Source of the DNA: Oligoflexales bacterium
GTDB taxonomy: Bacteria; Bdellovibrionota_B; Oligoflexia; Oligoflexales; JAPPIL01
Direction of reading: 5' to 3'
NCBI GenBank assembly: GCA_965215515.1
Contig: OZ244057.1
Coordinates: forward strand, 864,001 to 928,000
DNA length: 64,000 bases
How positions within the stretch are numbered: position 1 is the stretch's first letter; each line of letters opens with the position of its first letter. The notes beneath the pieces are model-generated. The model was not told the DNA's origin. It saw nothing but the letters and a program-made list of their open reading frames with translations, and searched no databases. The position numbers and the translations under genes were made by a program. Positions 48,213-58,112 of the stretch are shown piece by piece.

Positions 48213-51200
48213 ATGAAGAATATAATTGCGCAAAAAATTCCCCCTGCGGGTTTAAGCAAACGCTGCAATCGTGCCAACAAATTTAAGATAACTCGCAGCA
48301 AGGATGGTTTTGGGTTTCACGTCTATGTGCTTGAGAATACTGCACGGCGAGAAAAAATTAACATCAGTCGTTTTATTTTCGATCGTTTTCGTAGCGCTCT
48401 TAAGACGGTTGAAAAATCATGGCAAAGACGTGAGTTTCCACCCGAGGCAAAAGTTTTCTATCGTTCAGAAGTACATTTTATCATCAGCCAAAAATTAAAT
48501 GAAAAACATCAATATCTCATTCAGGAAATAGATCACAAGGGTGACACGGCAGGTTACATGTCGTTTGATATCGATGCTGTTGAGGCACTCACTAAGCTTC
48601 TTTATCATCACAAATTATTTCATCCCAATGATTTACTTAATCGTTTAATTGGGTATCACAAAATTTTCCGTTTTAGTTTTGCGGAGAGTACCGATAGTAT
48701 TACCAGCAAGCTGGTCATCAAAAACGATTTGTTGTGTTCGGTAGAGGGCTACAAGAAAAAGCTCAAACCGCGTTTTGCCAGCAAAATTGTTCCTTTTCTA
48801 GGGGGCAGTGCTCCGTCTACGTCGCCTGCGATGGATCTTGCTAAGGTTAAGCAGCAGAATTTTTTCAAGTCTCGTCTGGCAGAGAAGGCGGTAGCTCATA
48901 ATGCGGCAGTCAATTACGACCAGCTTTTTGAGCCTGAGGAAAAAGTTGTTGAACCTAAAAGCGAACGAACGAGTAAGCTCAATGAGCAGCGTATTTTATT
49001 ACCTCTTCACGCTCAGGATGTTAAAAACTTCACTGAAGTGCCTTTTATTTGTGAGTTTACAACAGGTGATTTCAGTGATTTTTTGCAGTTTGTTGGCCGC
49101 GAGCGGCACGGTGAGTTTTTGTTAGGCTTTGAGATAATCGACTGTCTTTTTAAGCAGTCGGGGAGTATGAAAACTTTTAAATTTCCTCTCTATTATATGA
49201 AGGTAACTTTGAAGGAGTCTGGCAAGGAAATTATCATTGAGCCAGTTGAAGACGGAGTTTTTTATCTCAATCACCTTGCTCTTGCTAACCTTATCGAAAA
49301 ATTTTCTAAAAATAAATCTGCTGACAACATCAATAAATTTTTCAAAACTTTGCTGGCACAGTACATGACTGTCGATGAAAAGCCGACACGTGTTTATCTA
49401 TCCCGTATGCTGCCTATAAATGAAGAAATTTTTGCATTGGTGCGTAAGATTCTCTTCGGTACACCTGAGGAGCGGGGTAAGGGTGGTATTCTTTTCAATC
49501 TCACTACGATAGGGGCGGAGATTGATCTCGATAGTGTTTATCTCTATCGTTCAGCGAAAGTGCAGGCATTGATGGCATTAAGTCTTGAGCATGATTTGGA
49601 TGAAATTTTGACTATTGCCTACGAGCATCCGCAGCGTTTCTATCACTCTAATCTGGGTAATTTTCTTTCTCCCGAAACATATGTGCCTGTCAGGGGAATT
49701 TTTTCTGAGCGAGCATGGGTGCCTAAGGCCTTACCAAAAAGTTTCAGCACTTTGTTGAAAAAACTTGATGAGCATAATTTTCTGTTGCTTGAGGGACCGC
49801 CTGGCACGGGGAAGACGCATTCAATTTTAAAGCTGTTGATTCACTGTATATGTATTAACAAAAAAATTCTCGTTGTCAGCGACCAGCATAGTGCCATTCA
49901 TGCGTTGCTTGAGCCGCTGAAGGAGTTTGCTCACCAGGGCAGTAGTGATACGCAGAACATCGCCAACATTATTGCCCAGAGTATTAAGGTCATAGACCAC
50001 ATACCCGCAAGGGATAGTTCGCTTTCGGCATGGGCAAGCAGCTTGAAAAAAATGTTGACCACCAACAAGTTGATCGAGCATCTTAGCGAAGATCCTCCTA
50101 ATTATAATGTGCAAATAAAGCAAATAGATAATGACATGCAGGCACTGAAGGAGAAACTGCAAGAAACAATAAAGCAAAATTTGTCGCCTCGCAACTATCA
50201 CGAGTCTACCGCTAAGGATATTGAAAGTATCATAAATTTTATTCGTTTTTGTGGGTATAGCCGCCGGAGCGGAAAAAACAGGGAGCGTAACACTTGGAAC
50301 AGAAAGTTAGTTACGGAATTCATGGCGATGCGCAAAAAGCTGCTCAAATTTGGGAGCTTGTACCGCTTTTTTCGTTTTACTAACTCATTATCTGAGTACA
50401 ATCAAGAAATGTTGATGACCCGTGAGTTTATCAACAAAATGCTCAAGATCAAACCGAAGAATGTGTGCAAGCTTAACCTGGTTTACGAGAGAAAGCTTGA
50501 CAATGCGGTCACTGCTTATTTTTTAAAAGAGTGGCAACGTTCTTTCCCTGTCCGCAAATCTGGATTAGCACGTGCTTTGCGTTATTTTACTGCGCTGATA
50601 CGGCATCCATTGACAGGACGTTTGAAGAAAATACGTCGTATTTTAAACAATCAGCTTGCCTTATTGCAGAGTGCTGATAGCAAAGTGATTTTTCAGATGA
50701 ATAAAATTCACCATTACCTGCGTGCTCGGAAAGAGCAAGCATCGTGCTTAGCTTATGATATTTTTGTTAAAAATGAGGGCAAAGTTGCTAAACGTAAGCA
50801 AAAACATACAGAGACGGCGCAGGATATTTTGCAAGTTATGGAGCAGCGGCAAGACGAGCGTGATCGTCTCGTCAAGATGCGTTTTTTACTTAATCTTACT
50901 AATATTGCCAGTAAAGCCCAGCATTCTGCGGGAGATGGAAAACCCGACCCTTTGACTACTATTGCCGCTTTGTGCGATAATCTTGGCAGCTATGATGCGT
51001 TGGAGATGGCTTTGCCTGTCTTGAATGATTTGAAAGAAAAGCTGATGGAAATATTTCCTATTTGGATATGTCGCAAGCAAGCCGTGCCGTTCCTTTTTCC
51101 TTGTGCAGAAAATATTTTTGATCTAGTCATCGTCGATGAAGCCACTCAATGTCGTGTCGATGATGCTTTACCTTTGTTGTTTCGTGCCTCTAAACTGTTG

Positions 51201-52382
51201 GTAGTAGGTGATGATAAACAAACAGTACTGGCAAAAAATTCTGCCCTTGATGACTATTTATTTCAGGAGTTTGGGCTTGATGAGCACTTGCGAAAAACAC
51301 AGGGACAGGGGTTAAAAGGTGGTGGTTCGCATATTTTTGGCTTGATTAAACAAATCAAGCAAGCGTCTCTTATGCTTGACGAGCATTACCGTTGTCCGCC
51401 AGAAATTATTGCCTACTCAAACCACTATGTTTATCATAACGACTTAAAAATGATGCAATGGGGTACTCGTGATGCTGTTGTCGTTGATTATAGTGAAGAG
51501 CATGCCGAAAAAATAACACGTCAAACACGCGGTATCTATAAAGGTATTGAGACCGATATGGTTGATCGCTTTCTGCTGTTTGTCGAAAATACGATTAAAA
51601 AAATTGAGCAAGAAAAAAACATAAAAATAAATGTCGAAAAAAATGTGGCATTATGCTATTTTTTGCTAAAAAATGAACCCTACCTTAAAGCCAAGAAGGG
51701 TGAGCTTTTGCGTCGTCTCAATAGAGGAGAGGACATTCTTGATGGTGCGGGAGCGGCGTTGCAAGGGAAGGAACGTGATTACATTTTTTATCTGTGGGAC
51801 ATCAATCGCAGTAACATGATGGCTTTTCGACAAGGCGATGAGGAAGACAAGCGTAAGGGTGAGTTGAATGTATTGATGAGTCGCCCTAAAAAGCGGGCCT
51901 ATCACTATTTGCATAAAAGTTTTGCCAGTTTAAAACACAACAGGGCTACGATCAGCGATTATTTGTGGAAAGCTTATCGTCAGCAGCAACGTGTCAAAGA
52001 ACGCAAAACTTTTGTGCCCCGTGCCCAGAATCCTACTCCTAGCTTTACCCCCTGGCGCAGATACAGCGGGCAGTTGATTGAAAAAATTCTTGCCGAGAAT
52101 ATCAAAAAAGCCGACTTGCAAGTGCACTACAGTGTTAATATCGGTGACCCTGCTTACTGTATCGATTTGGTGCTGGAGGCGGGCAAGCACAGTATCGGTA
52201 TTATCGATATCAGTCGTTTTATGGAAGAAAGCAAACCTGCCGAGAGTATGATCGCTTATTATTTTCAAATCAAGCGCGCGACACCTAAGATTATCCCTTG
52301 GTTTACATTTATTAGCGACATCGCCAGCTGTCGTGACCGCGAACTGCGCGTCTTGGCAAAGACGATTGAGCGGCTCAGCTAA
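48213..52382 (+). CDS. Large SF1B (UPF1/DNA2-like) helicase with possible C-terminal restriction-endonuclease-like domain
   Basis: GPPGTGKT, FDLVIVDEATQ, VVGDDKQ, LDEHYRC, LQGKERD, LNVLMSRPK; C-terminal IDLVL..SIGIID. Confidence 0.88.
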   Translation: MKNIIAQKIPPAGLSKRCNRANKFKITRSKDGFGFHVYVLENTARREKINISRFIFDRFRSALKTVEKSWQRREFPPEAKVFYRSEVHFIISQKLNEKHQYLIQEIDHKGDTAGYMSFDIDAVEALTKLLYHHKLFHPNDLLNRLIGYHKIFRFSFAESTDSITSKLVIKNDLLCSVEGYKKKLKPRFASKIVPFLGGSAPSTSPAMDLAKVKQQNFFKSRLAEKAVAHNAAVNYDQLFEPEEKVVEPKSERTSKLNEQRILLPLHAQDVKNFTEVPFICEFTTGDFSDFLQFVGRERHGEFLLGFEIIDCLFKQSGSMKTFKFPLYYMKVTLKESGKEIIIEPVEDGVFYLNHLALANLIEKFSKNKSADNINKFFKTLLAQYMTVDEKPTRVYLSRMLPINEEIFALVRKILFGTPEERGKGGILFNLTTIGAEIDLDSVYLYRSAKVQALMALSLEHDLDEILTIAYEHPQRFYHSNLGNFLSPETYVPVRGIFSERAWVPKALPKSFSTLLKKLDEHNFLLLEGPPGTGKTHSILKLLIHCICINKKILVVSDQHSAIHALLEPLKEFAHQGSSDTQNIANIIAQSIKVIDHIPARDSSLSAWASSLKKMLTTNKLIEHLSEDPPNYNVQIKQIDNDMQALKEKLQETIKQNLSPRNYHESTAKDIESIINFIRFCGYSRRSGKNRERNTWNRKLVTEFMAMRKKLLKFGSLYRFFRFTNSLSEYNQEMLMTREFINKMLKIKPKNVCKLNLVYERKLDNAVTAYFLKEWQRSFPVRKSGLARALRYFTALIRHPLTGRLKKIRRILNNQLALLQSADSKVIFQMNKIHHYLRARKEQASCLAYDIFVKNEGKVAKRKQKHTETAQDILQVMEQRQDERDRLVKMRFLLNLTNIASKAQHSAGDGKPDPLTTIAALCDNLGSYDALEMALPVLNDLKEKLMEIFPIWICRKQAVPFLFPCAENIFDLVIVDEATQCRVDDALPLLFRASKLLVVGDDKQTVLAKNSALDDYLFQEFGLDEHLRKTQGQGLKGGGSHIFGLIKQIKQASLMLDEHYRCPPEIIAYSNHYVYHNDLKMMQWGTRDAVVVDYSEEHAEKITRQTRGIYKGIETDMVDRFLLFVENTIKKIEQEKNIKINVEKNVALCYFLLKNEPYLKAKKGELLRRLNRGEDILDGAGAALQGKERDYIFYLWDINRSNMMAFRQGDEEDKRKGELNVLMSRPKKRAYHYLHKSFASLKHNRATISDYLWKAYRQQQRVKERKTFVPRAQNPTPSFTPWRRYSGQLIEKILAENIKKADLQVHYSVNIGDPAYCIDLVLEAGKHSIGIIDISRFMEESKPAESMIAYYFQIKRATPKIIPWFTFISDIASCRDRELRVLAKTIERLS

Positions 52383-52393
52383 AAACAAACACC

Positions 52394-53440
52394 CTACCGA
52401 TAACCTTCTTGTAAAGCATCGAGTTGTGCCGCACCAGGGCATAGCTGGCTGTGCGTAAGCTGTGCCAGCGGTGTCGGAGGCAGAGAATTGATAGCACTTA
52501 AATCCTCGCGATCGCGTTCAGCATAAAGCAGACCAGTTACCACACCCCGTGCTTTTTGCAGATAGGCGTGTGCCGCATGGCGGTCGCTCACATCGTAGTC
52601 GTCGGCAAGGTTGTGAATCGTCAGCCGCGCACCGTCGTGCAACGGAATCGTTTGACTCGTTCCCGCCGCAATCTGTGCCGCGATCTCCGCACGGGGGGGC
52701 ACGAAACTAGCCTTCGTTACCGCGTCGTAGTTTTTCCGCGTGTACATATAGCTTTTAGTCGACTCACGGTGGTCGTTGAAGGTCACACATGGCGAAATTA
52801 CATCCACCAACGCAAAACCACGTTGCTTCAGCCCGCCCTTCAACAAGGTTACCAGTTGAGCACGATCACCAGAAAAACCACGTGCCACATAAGGTGCACC
52901 GAGCAGCAAAGCTAACGCAACCGCATCGATCGCCGCGTAAGGGTTGCTCTCCCCTGTGCGGGAACGCGTCGTCGTATCCGCCGCGGCCGAAAACTGCCCC
53001 TTAGTCAACCCGTACACCCCGTTGTTCTCGATGATGTAGAGCATGTCGACGTTGCGCCGTATGGCGTGACACAACTGCCCCAACCCGATCGACAGCGAAT
53101 CACCATCGCCCGATACGCCGATGTAGCACATGTCGGAACGTGCTACCGCAGCGCCCGTGGCAATAGACGGCATGCGCCCATGCACAGCATTGATCCCATG
53201 CGCACCACGCAAAAAGTAGGCGGTCGACTTCGACGAACAGCCGATGCCGCTCAGTTTAGCCACCTTCTCCGCGGCAACGTCGAGATCAAACAAACTTTGC
53301 ACCAACGCCGCAGTTATCGAGTCATGCCCACAGCCCGCACACAAAGTCGAAGCGACACCCTCGTAATCACGCACCGTCAGACCGAGCCTGTTACGCGGCA
53401 GTTGCGGGTGTCGCAGCTGCGGTTTACGTATCGAAGTCAA
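52394..53440 (-). CDS. korB: 2-oxoacid:ferredoxin oxidoreductase beta subunit
   Basis: CAGCGH, SGIGCSS, HGR, GDGD, NNGVYGLTKGQ, SPCVTFN. Confidence 0.9.
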   Translation of the reverse strand: MTSIRKPQLRHPQLPRNRLGLTVRDYEGVASTLCAGCGHDSITAALVQSLFDLDVAAEKVAKLSGIGCSSKSTAYFLRGAHGINAVHGRMPSIATGAAVARSDMCYIGVSGDGDSLSIGLGQLCHAIRRNVDMLYIIENNGVYGLTKGQFSAAADTTTRSRTGESNPYAAIDAVALALLLGAPYVARGFSGDRAQLVTLLKGGLKQRGFALVDVISPCVTFNDHRESTKSYMYTRKNYDAVTKASFVPPRAEIAAQIAAGTSQTIPLHDGARLTIHNLADDYDVSDRHAAHAYLQKARGVVTGLLYAERDREDLSAINSLPPTPLAQLTHSQLCPGAAQLDALQEGYR

Positions 53441-53625
53441 CTAACAACCCGAAAGTTACCAGATCTGCGTGACTCTACCGCTTCATACACACCACGCCAA
53501 GTACTTTCCGTCCTCAAGATACAAACTGCCTTCTCATCTCACTTTGTTTGGACTTGACAGAGACACGGAGGCATGTTCCTACAGCAATCGGCGTTATTGT
53601 CACTACCGATCAACTGGAGGTTATC

Positions 53626-54738
53626 ATGCGACTGGCTCTACTGTTGTTGATGTGTTCTACCCTCTTCGCCTCTGCCGATGTGGCTAAGTTGTCTCGTTTC
53701 GCCCGACAGGTAGCTGCGAGCGCAACTGCCGTGGGGGTGGCGTGCAGTGCGATGTTGTGCACCGTCGGTGTGGCATCGGCAAAAGATGTTCCGAAATATT
53801 GGCAAGGCTACCACTGGGATGCATCGCAATACCACGTTGCGCAACTGAAAAAGCTCGCCTTGACGGGATACCGCGGGGCGCAGCAGCACACCGCACCAGG
53901 TGGTGGGGTGGAATTGGAATTCATACTCAGAGACTCAGGAGGAGATCTTTTTGAAGGCCACCCTGACAGTGCGTCCTGGGGGTATCTGCACACGCAGGCT
54001 GTCCACGACGGCGAGGATTGGCATTTTCCACGTCTGCACGTTTACCTCATGTACGATTACGGTGTGCCTTACCCTATGTCCTACGCCGATGGACAGGCTA
54101 TCAAAGCAGAGATTTCGCAGTGGGGCTACAGCTATTACGATTTTCGTGCCCACCGCTTGGCTAACGACGAGACGGAGGGATTCGTTACTCACCATCTCCA
54201 TCTGTGGAGTCTGGGGTTGCTGCCCATGTTCAGAAGCAGTTTCGGTTTAGGTGATCTGGGGGTGGTGGAAACGGGTAGCTTTGCACAGTCAGACCTAACT
54301 GCCTGGGCGGGGGATGAAGCTGATTTCCACGCGGTTCTCTGGCATCACGGATCGCTCGAATTTCGCTTCCGCTCGTTCTGGGGTGACCTGCAATTCGATA
54401 TCGCTAGCGATTATCCCCTCCTTTACTATGCGACATCAAAAGAACCTCCGCCACCCATCGATTTTGGTATCAAGGTCGAACAACTGCGCTCCCTTTTCGG
54501 TGACATAGATTTGCCCGATGCAGGAGACGGTGGCTTCACCGCCATCTGGGAAGCAGTCACGGCAGACATAGTACTGACACTTTTTAGCGGCGAGCGGCGC
54601 GAAGGCAGCCTGAGCATCGCTCTCGAAGGGTCGGTCTACCGTCAACGTATCGACGGCGAAATAGACGGTGGCAAGTCGTTTTCCCAAAACGTGCGGGGAA
54701 GACGCATCACGGGAAAAATAATCACCCTCTGGCACTGA
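53626..54738 (+). CDS. Hypothetical secreted protein with bipartite leader
   Basis: GGAGG RBS; two successive signal-peptide-like segments; aromatic-rich mature part. Confidence 0.7.
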   Translation: MRLALLLLMCSTLFASADVAKLSRFARQVAASATAVGVACSAMLCTVGVASAKDVPKYWQGYHWDASQYHVAQLKKLALTGYRGAQQHTAPGGGVELEFILRDSGGDLFEGHPDSASWGYLHTQAVHDGEDWHFPRLHVYLMYDYGVPYPMSYADGQAIKAEISQWGYSYYDFRAHRLANDETEGFVTHHLHLWSLGLLPMFRSSFGLGDLGVVETGSFAQSDLTAWAGDEADFHAVLWHHGSLEFRFRSFWGDLQFDIASDYPLLYYATSKEPPPPIDFGIKVEQLRSLFGDIDLPDAGDGGFTAIWEAVTADIVLTLFSGERREGSLSIALEGSVYRQRIDGEIDGGKSFSQNVRGRRITGKIITLWH

Positions 54739-54777
54739 ACAGGGCGAGCTAAGTTTTTTTTGCTGCGGTGGTGTTCG

Positions 54778-56157
54778 CTACTGTAACAGGGCGAGAATAT
54801 CGTCGCTGGTCTTCTTGGCATCGCCAAACAGCATCTGGGTGTTGTCGCGGAAAAATAGCGGATTGTCGACCCCCGCATAACCACTCGCCATACTGCGTTT
54901 CAACACCACAACCTTCTTGGCATCCCAAGCTTGCAACACAGGCATACCATAAATCGCACTGCTGCGGTCGGAAATCGCGCCAGGGTTAACGATGTCGTTT
55001 GCACCTACTACCAACACCGCATCGGTGCGGGGAAAGGCAGCATTGATATCATCCATTTCCTCCACAATACTGTAAGGCACACCCGCCTCGGCCAACAAGA
55101 CATTCATATGCCCAGGCAAACGTCCCGCCACAGGGTGAATGGCAAAACGCACATCAACCCCGTTGTCGGTCAAGCGGGAACTTATCTCCTTGATACTGTG
55201 CTGTGCCTGCGCTACCGCCATCCCGTAGCCAGGCACGATGATGACCTTGCTAGCACTCTGCAATAGAGCCGCAGTCGTCCCCACGTCGGTGATGAGATAT
55301 TTCCTGTTATCTACGTCAGCCGTTGCCGTCCCCTGCTTACCGCCAAAACCACCGAGAACGACACTGAAGAAAGAACGGTTCATCGCCCGACACATGATGT
55401 AGCTGAGAATTGCCCCGCTGCTACCGACCAACGCCCCCGCGACGATGAGCAGATCGTTGACCAGCATGAAACCTGTCGCCGCAGCCGCCCAACCAGAGTA
55501 GCTGTTCAGCATCGAGACCACCACAGGCATGTCCGCACCGCCGATCGCGACCACGAGATGCGCTCCAAAAACAAAGGCCAGCAGGCAAGCCAGCAACAGT
55601 GGCAAGACATTGCCACCACCGACAAAAAAATAGCCGCAGACAATTATCAGACTTAACATCAGCAGGTTCAAAACATGTCGAGCAGGAAGCAGCAGCGGCC
55701 GACCATCGAGCGTTCCCTGTAATTTAGCCCACGCCACTACCGAGCCTGTAAAAGTCAACGCACCGACAAACACACCGACAAACACCTCGCCGCGATGCAC
55801 CGCGTGTGCCATCTGTTCTCCAGTAGTTACGCGTTGGGTAACATGATCGCTGATACCGATCAACACCGCCGCTAAGCCGACAAAACTGTGCAAAATCGCT
55901 ATCAATTGTGGCATCGCAGTCATCTCGACACGGCGGGCAACGTAGATACCGACCGTGCCCCCTATGACGAGCAGCACCGTAATCAGCCCCAGCCCCCCCT
56001 CGCCCGCGCACAACGTAGCCACGATCGCCAACAAAATACCGATCGTACCGCACAACGCGCCGCGGCGCGCCGTATGGTGCGCACTCAACCCACCGAGACT
56101 CAAGATGAAGAGCACCGCCACGAGCAGGTAGGAAACGGTTAGCAGATTGTCGCTCAT
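54778..56157 (-). CDS. pntB: NAD(P) transhydrogenase beta subunit
   Basis: HSFVGLAA, GGADMPVV, PGYGMAVAQAQ, HPVAGRLPGHMN. Confidence 0.96.
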   Translation of the reverse strand: MSDNLLTVSYLLVAVLFILSLGGLSAHHTARRGALCGTIGILLAIVATLCAGEGGLGLITVLLVIGGTVGIYVARRVEMTAMPQLIAILHSFVGLAAVLIGISDHVTQRVTTGEQMAHAVHRGEVFVGVFVGALTFTGSVVAWAKLQGTLDGRPLLLPARHVLNLLMLSLIIVCGYFFVGGGNVLPLLLACLLAFVFGAHLVVAIGGADMPVVVSMLNSYSGWAAAATGFMLVNDLLIVAGALVGSSGAILSYIMCRAMNRSFFSVVLGGFGGKQGTATADVDNRKYLITDVGTTAALLQSASKVIIVPGYGMAVAQAQHSIKEISSRLTDNGVDVRFAIHPVAGRLPGHMNVLLAEAGVPYSIVEEMDDINAAFPRTDAVLVVGANDIVNPGAISDRSSAIYGMPVLQAWDAKKVVVLKRSMASGYAGVDNPLFFRDNTQMLFGDAKKTSDDILALLQ

Positions 56158-56164
56158 TTTAACC

Positions 56165-57703
56165 TTACTTGCGAAACATCTTCAGCATGCGCCAGGTGAC
56201 AAAAAACCCTCCCGCCACATTCACCGTCGCCATCAACACCGCGGCGACCGCAAGCAGCGAGGCGATGTTCCAGTGCGGCGGTTGTAGTTCCAGCATCGCA
56301 CCGAGCACGATGATACCGCTGATAGCGTTGGTAACACTCATTAATGGCGTGTGCAGCGCGGGAGTGACATTCCACACCACCTGCCACCCGACAAAACACG
56401 CCAGCACAAACACCGTCAGACGTTCGATGAAGGCAGGTGGAGCAAAACTGCCCAAGCCGTACAAACACGCCACCGCAGCAACCCAGCCCAACCACACGTA
56501 GGCATCGTGACGACGGGGGGTAGCCTGTACGGTGCGTGTCGCCTTTGAGGGTGTGGCCGCGGGTGATGGTCGCGGCACGACATCCACAACCTGCGGCGTT
56601 GGCCAGCGGATCGTGCCTTGCTGGCAAAGCAGGGCAGCCGAGATGATTTTGTTGTCGAGATCGAAGGTGAGTTCCCGCTTGCCTTCGTCCGTCAGCAACT
56701 TCAGCAGTTGTAATAAATTGTTGCTGTAAAACATGCTTGCCTGCTTCGCCAGCTGACTAGGCAAATCGGTGAAACCCGCGATCTTTACTCCTCGATGCTC
56801 GATTACCTCGTCCGCGACCGTCAACTCACAGTTGCCGCCCATCTCCGCGGCGAGATCGAAAATCACACTGCCTGCAGCCATACTCTCGACCATCGGGCGA
56901 GTAATCAACACGGGTGCGGGGCGACCTGGCACTAGTGCCGTGGTTATCGCAATCGCAGTACGAGGCATGCGTGTCGCGAGCAACCGCATTTCACTCGCCA
57001 CGTAATCTGCGCTCATCTGCTTGCCATAACCACCTTCTCCCGCACCTTCTTCGTCGCTGTCGAGAGCGAGAAAACGCCCGCCCACGCTACGTACCTGTTC
57101 GGCCGCGGCAGCACGCGTATCGAAAGCATACACCTCTGCACCGAGACTGCGTGCCGCACTGATAGCGCTCAACCCCGCAACACCAGCACCGATAACCAAC
57201 ACCTCGGCGGGGTCGCTACGCCCTGCGGAAGTTATCTGCCCAGGCAAAAACCCCCCGTACATGTCAGCCGCGGCAACGACCGCCTTGTAGCCTGCGATGT
57301 TGGCCATCGTGCTCATGGCATCCATACTCTGTGCGATCGAAATACGCGGGATGCAGTCCATCGCCACCACCGAAAGCTGTCGCTGCGCGGCGGTTGCTAG
57401 CAAATCCTGATTGTCGTGCGGTTTGAAAAAGCCGATCAGCGCGGCATGTGTACGCATCTGCTGGAGTTCCGCAGCAGATGGAGGCGCGACTTTGAGGATG
57501 ACATGCGCTTCACGCCAGACGCTATCGTCGCTGAGCACTGCCCCCTGTGCCTCATAGTCGGCATCGGCAAAACCAGCCGCGTGCCCCGTGCCCCGTGCCA
57601 CCCGCACCTCATTACCCCAGCTGCGCAACACGCATGCAACCCGCGGGGTGAGGGCAGTGCGCCTTTCACGCACCCCACCCTCGACAGGAACACCGATAAT
57701 CAT
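56165..57703 (-). CDS. pntA: NAD(P) transhydrogenase alpha subunit
   Basis: [30 protein letters not shown]. Confidence 0.96.
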   Translation of the reverse strand: MIIGVPVEGGVRERRTALTPRVACVLRSWGNEVRVARGTGHAAGFADADYEAQGAVLSDDSVWREAHVILKVAPPSAAELQQMRTHAALIGFFKPHDNQDLLATAAQRQLSVVAMDCIPRISIAQSMDAMSTMANIAGYKAVVAAADMYGGFLPGQITSAGRSDPAEVLVIGAGVAGLSAISAARSLGAEVYAFDTRAAAAEQVRSVGGRFLALDSDEEGAGEGGYGKQMSADYVASEMRLLATRMPRTAIAITTALVPGRPAPVLITRPMVESMAAGSVIFDLAAEMGGNCELTVADEVIEHRGVKIAGFTDLPSQLAKQASMFYSNNLLQLLKLLTDEGKRELTFDLDNKIISAALLCQQGTIRWPTPQVVDVVPRPSPAATPSKATRTVQATPRRHDAYVWLGWVAAVACLYGLGSFAPPAFIERLTVFVLACFVGWQVVWNVTPALHTPLMSVTNAISGIIVLGAMLELQPPHWNIASLLAVAAVLMATVNVAGGFFVTWRMLKMFRK

Positions 57704-57734
57704 GTCGTGCTCATGGGTTTATTGCTTCGCTACT

Positions 57735-58085
57735 TCACGACTTGGTGGCATTGAGTGCAGCATCACGATCGTCATAGACGGGTAGAAATCTGGTCAGCCC
57801 ACTGATGTCGAGAATTCTTTGCACGTTGCTGTTCACCGAACACAGCACCACCTTGCCGCCTTTGGTTCTCGTCTTCTTGGCAACGTAGAGCAGCACCCGT
57901 AACCCTGCGCTGGAAATGTAGACTAGGTCTGAAAAATCAAAGACCACCTTGACAAAATCACTCTCCAGCACGTCGGTAGCGCGCTCGTTGACGGCATTAA
58001 CCATAGAAGCATCGAGATGCCCTTCGATGGCAAAAACCATCGTGTCGCCTATTTCCTCGATCTTGATGCCAACTTTCGTATCCAT
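57735..58085 (-). CDS. STAS-domain anti-sigma-factor antagonist
   Basis: GHLDA, YISSAGLRVL. Confidence 0.9.
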   Translation of the reverse strand: MDTKVGIKIEEIGDTMVFAIEGHLDASMVNAVNERATDVLESDFVKVVFDFSDLVYISSAGLRVLLYVAKKTRTKGGKVVLCSVNSNVQRILDISGLTRFLPVYDDRDAALNATKS

Positions 58086-58112
58086 ACACCTGACCTCACT
58101 AAAATCCCGATG

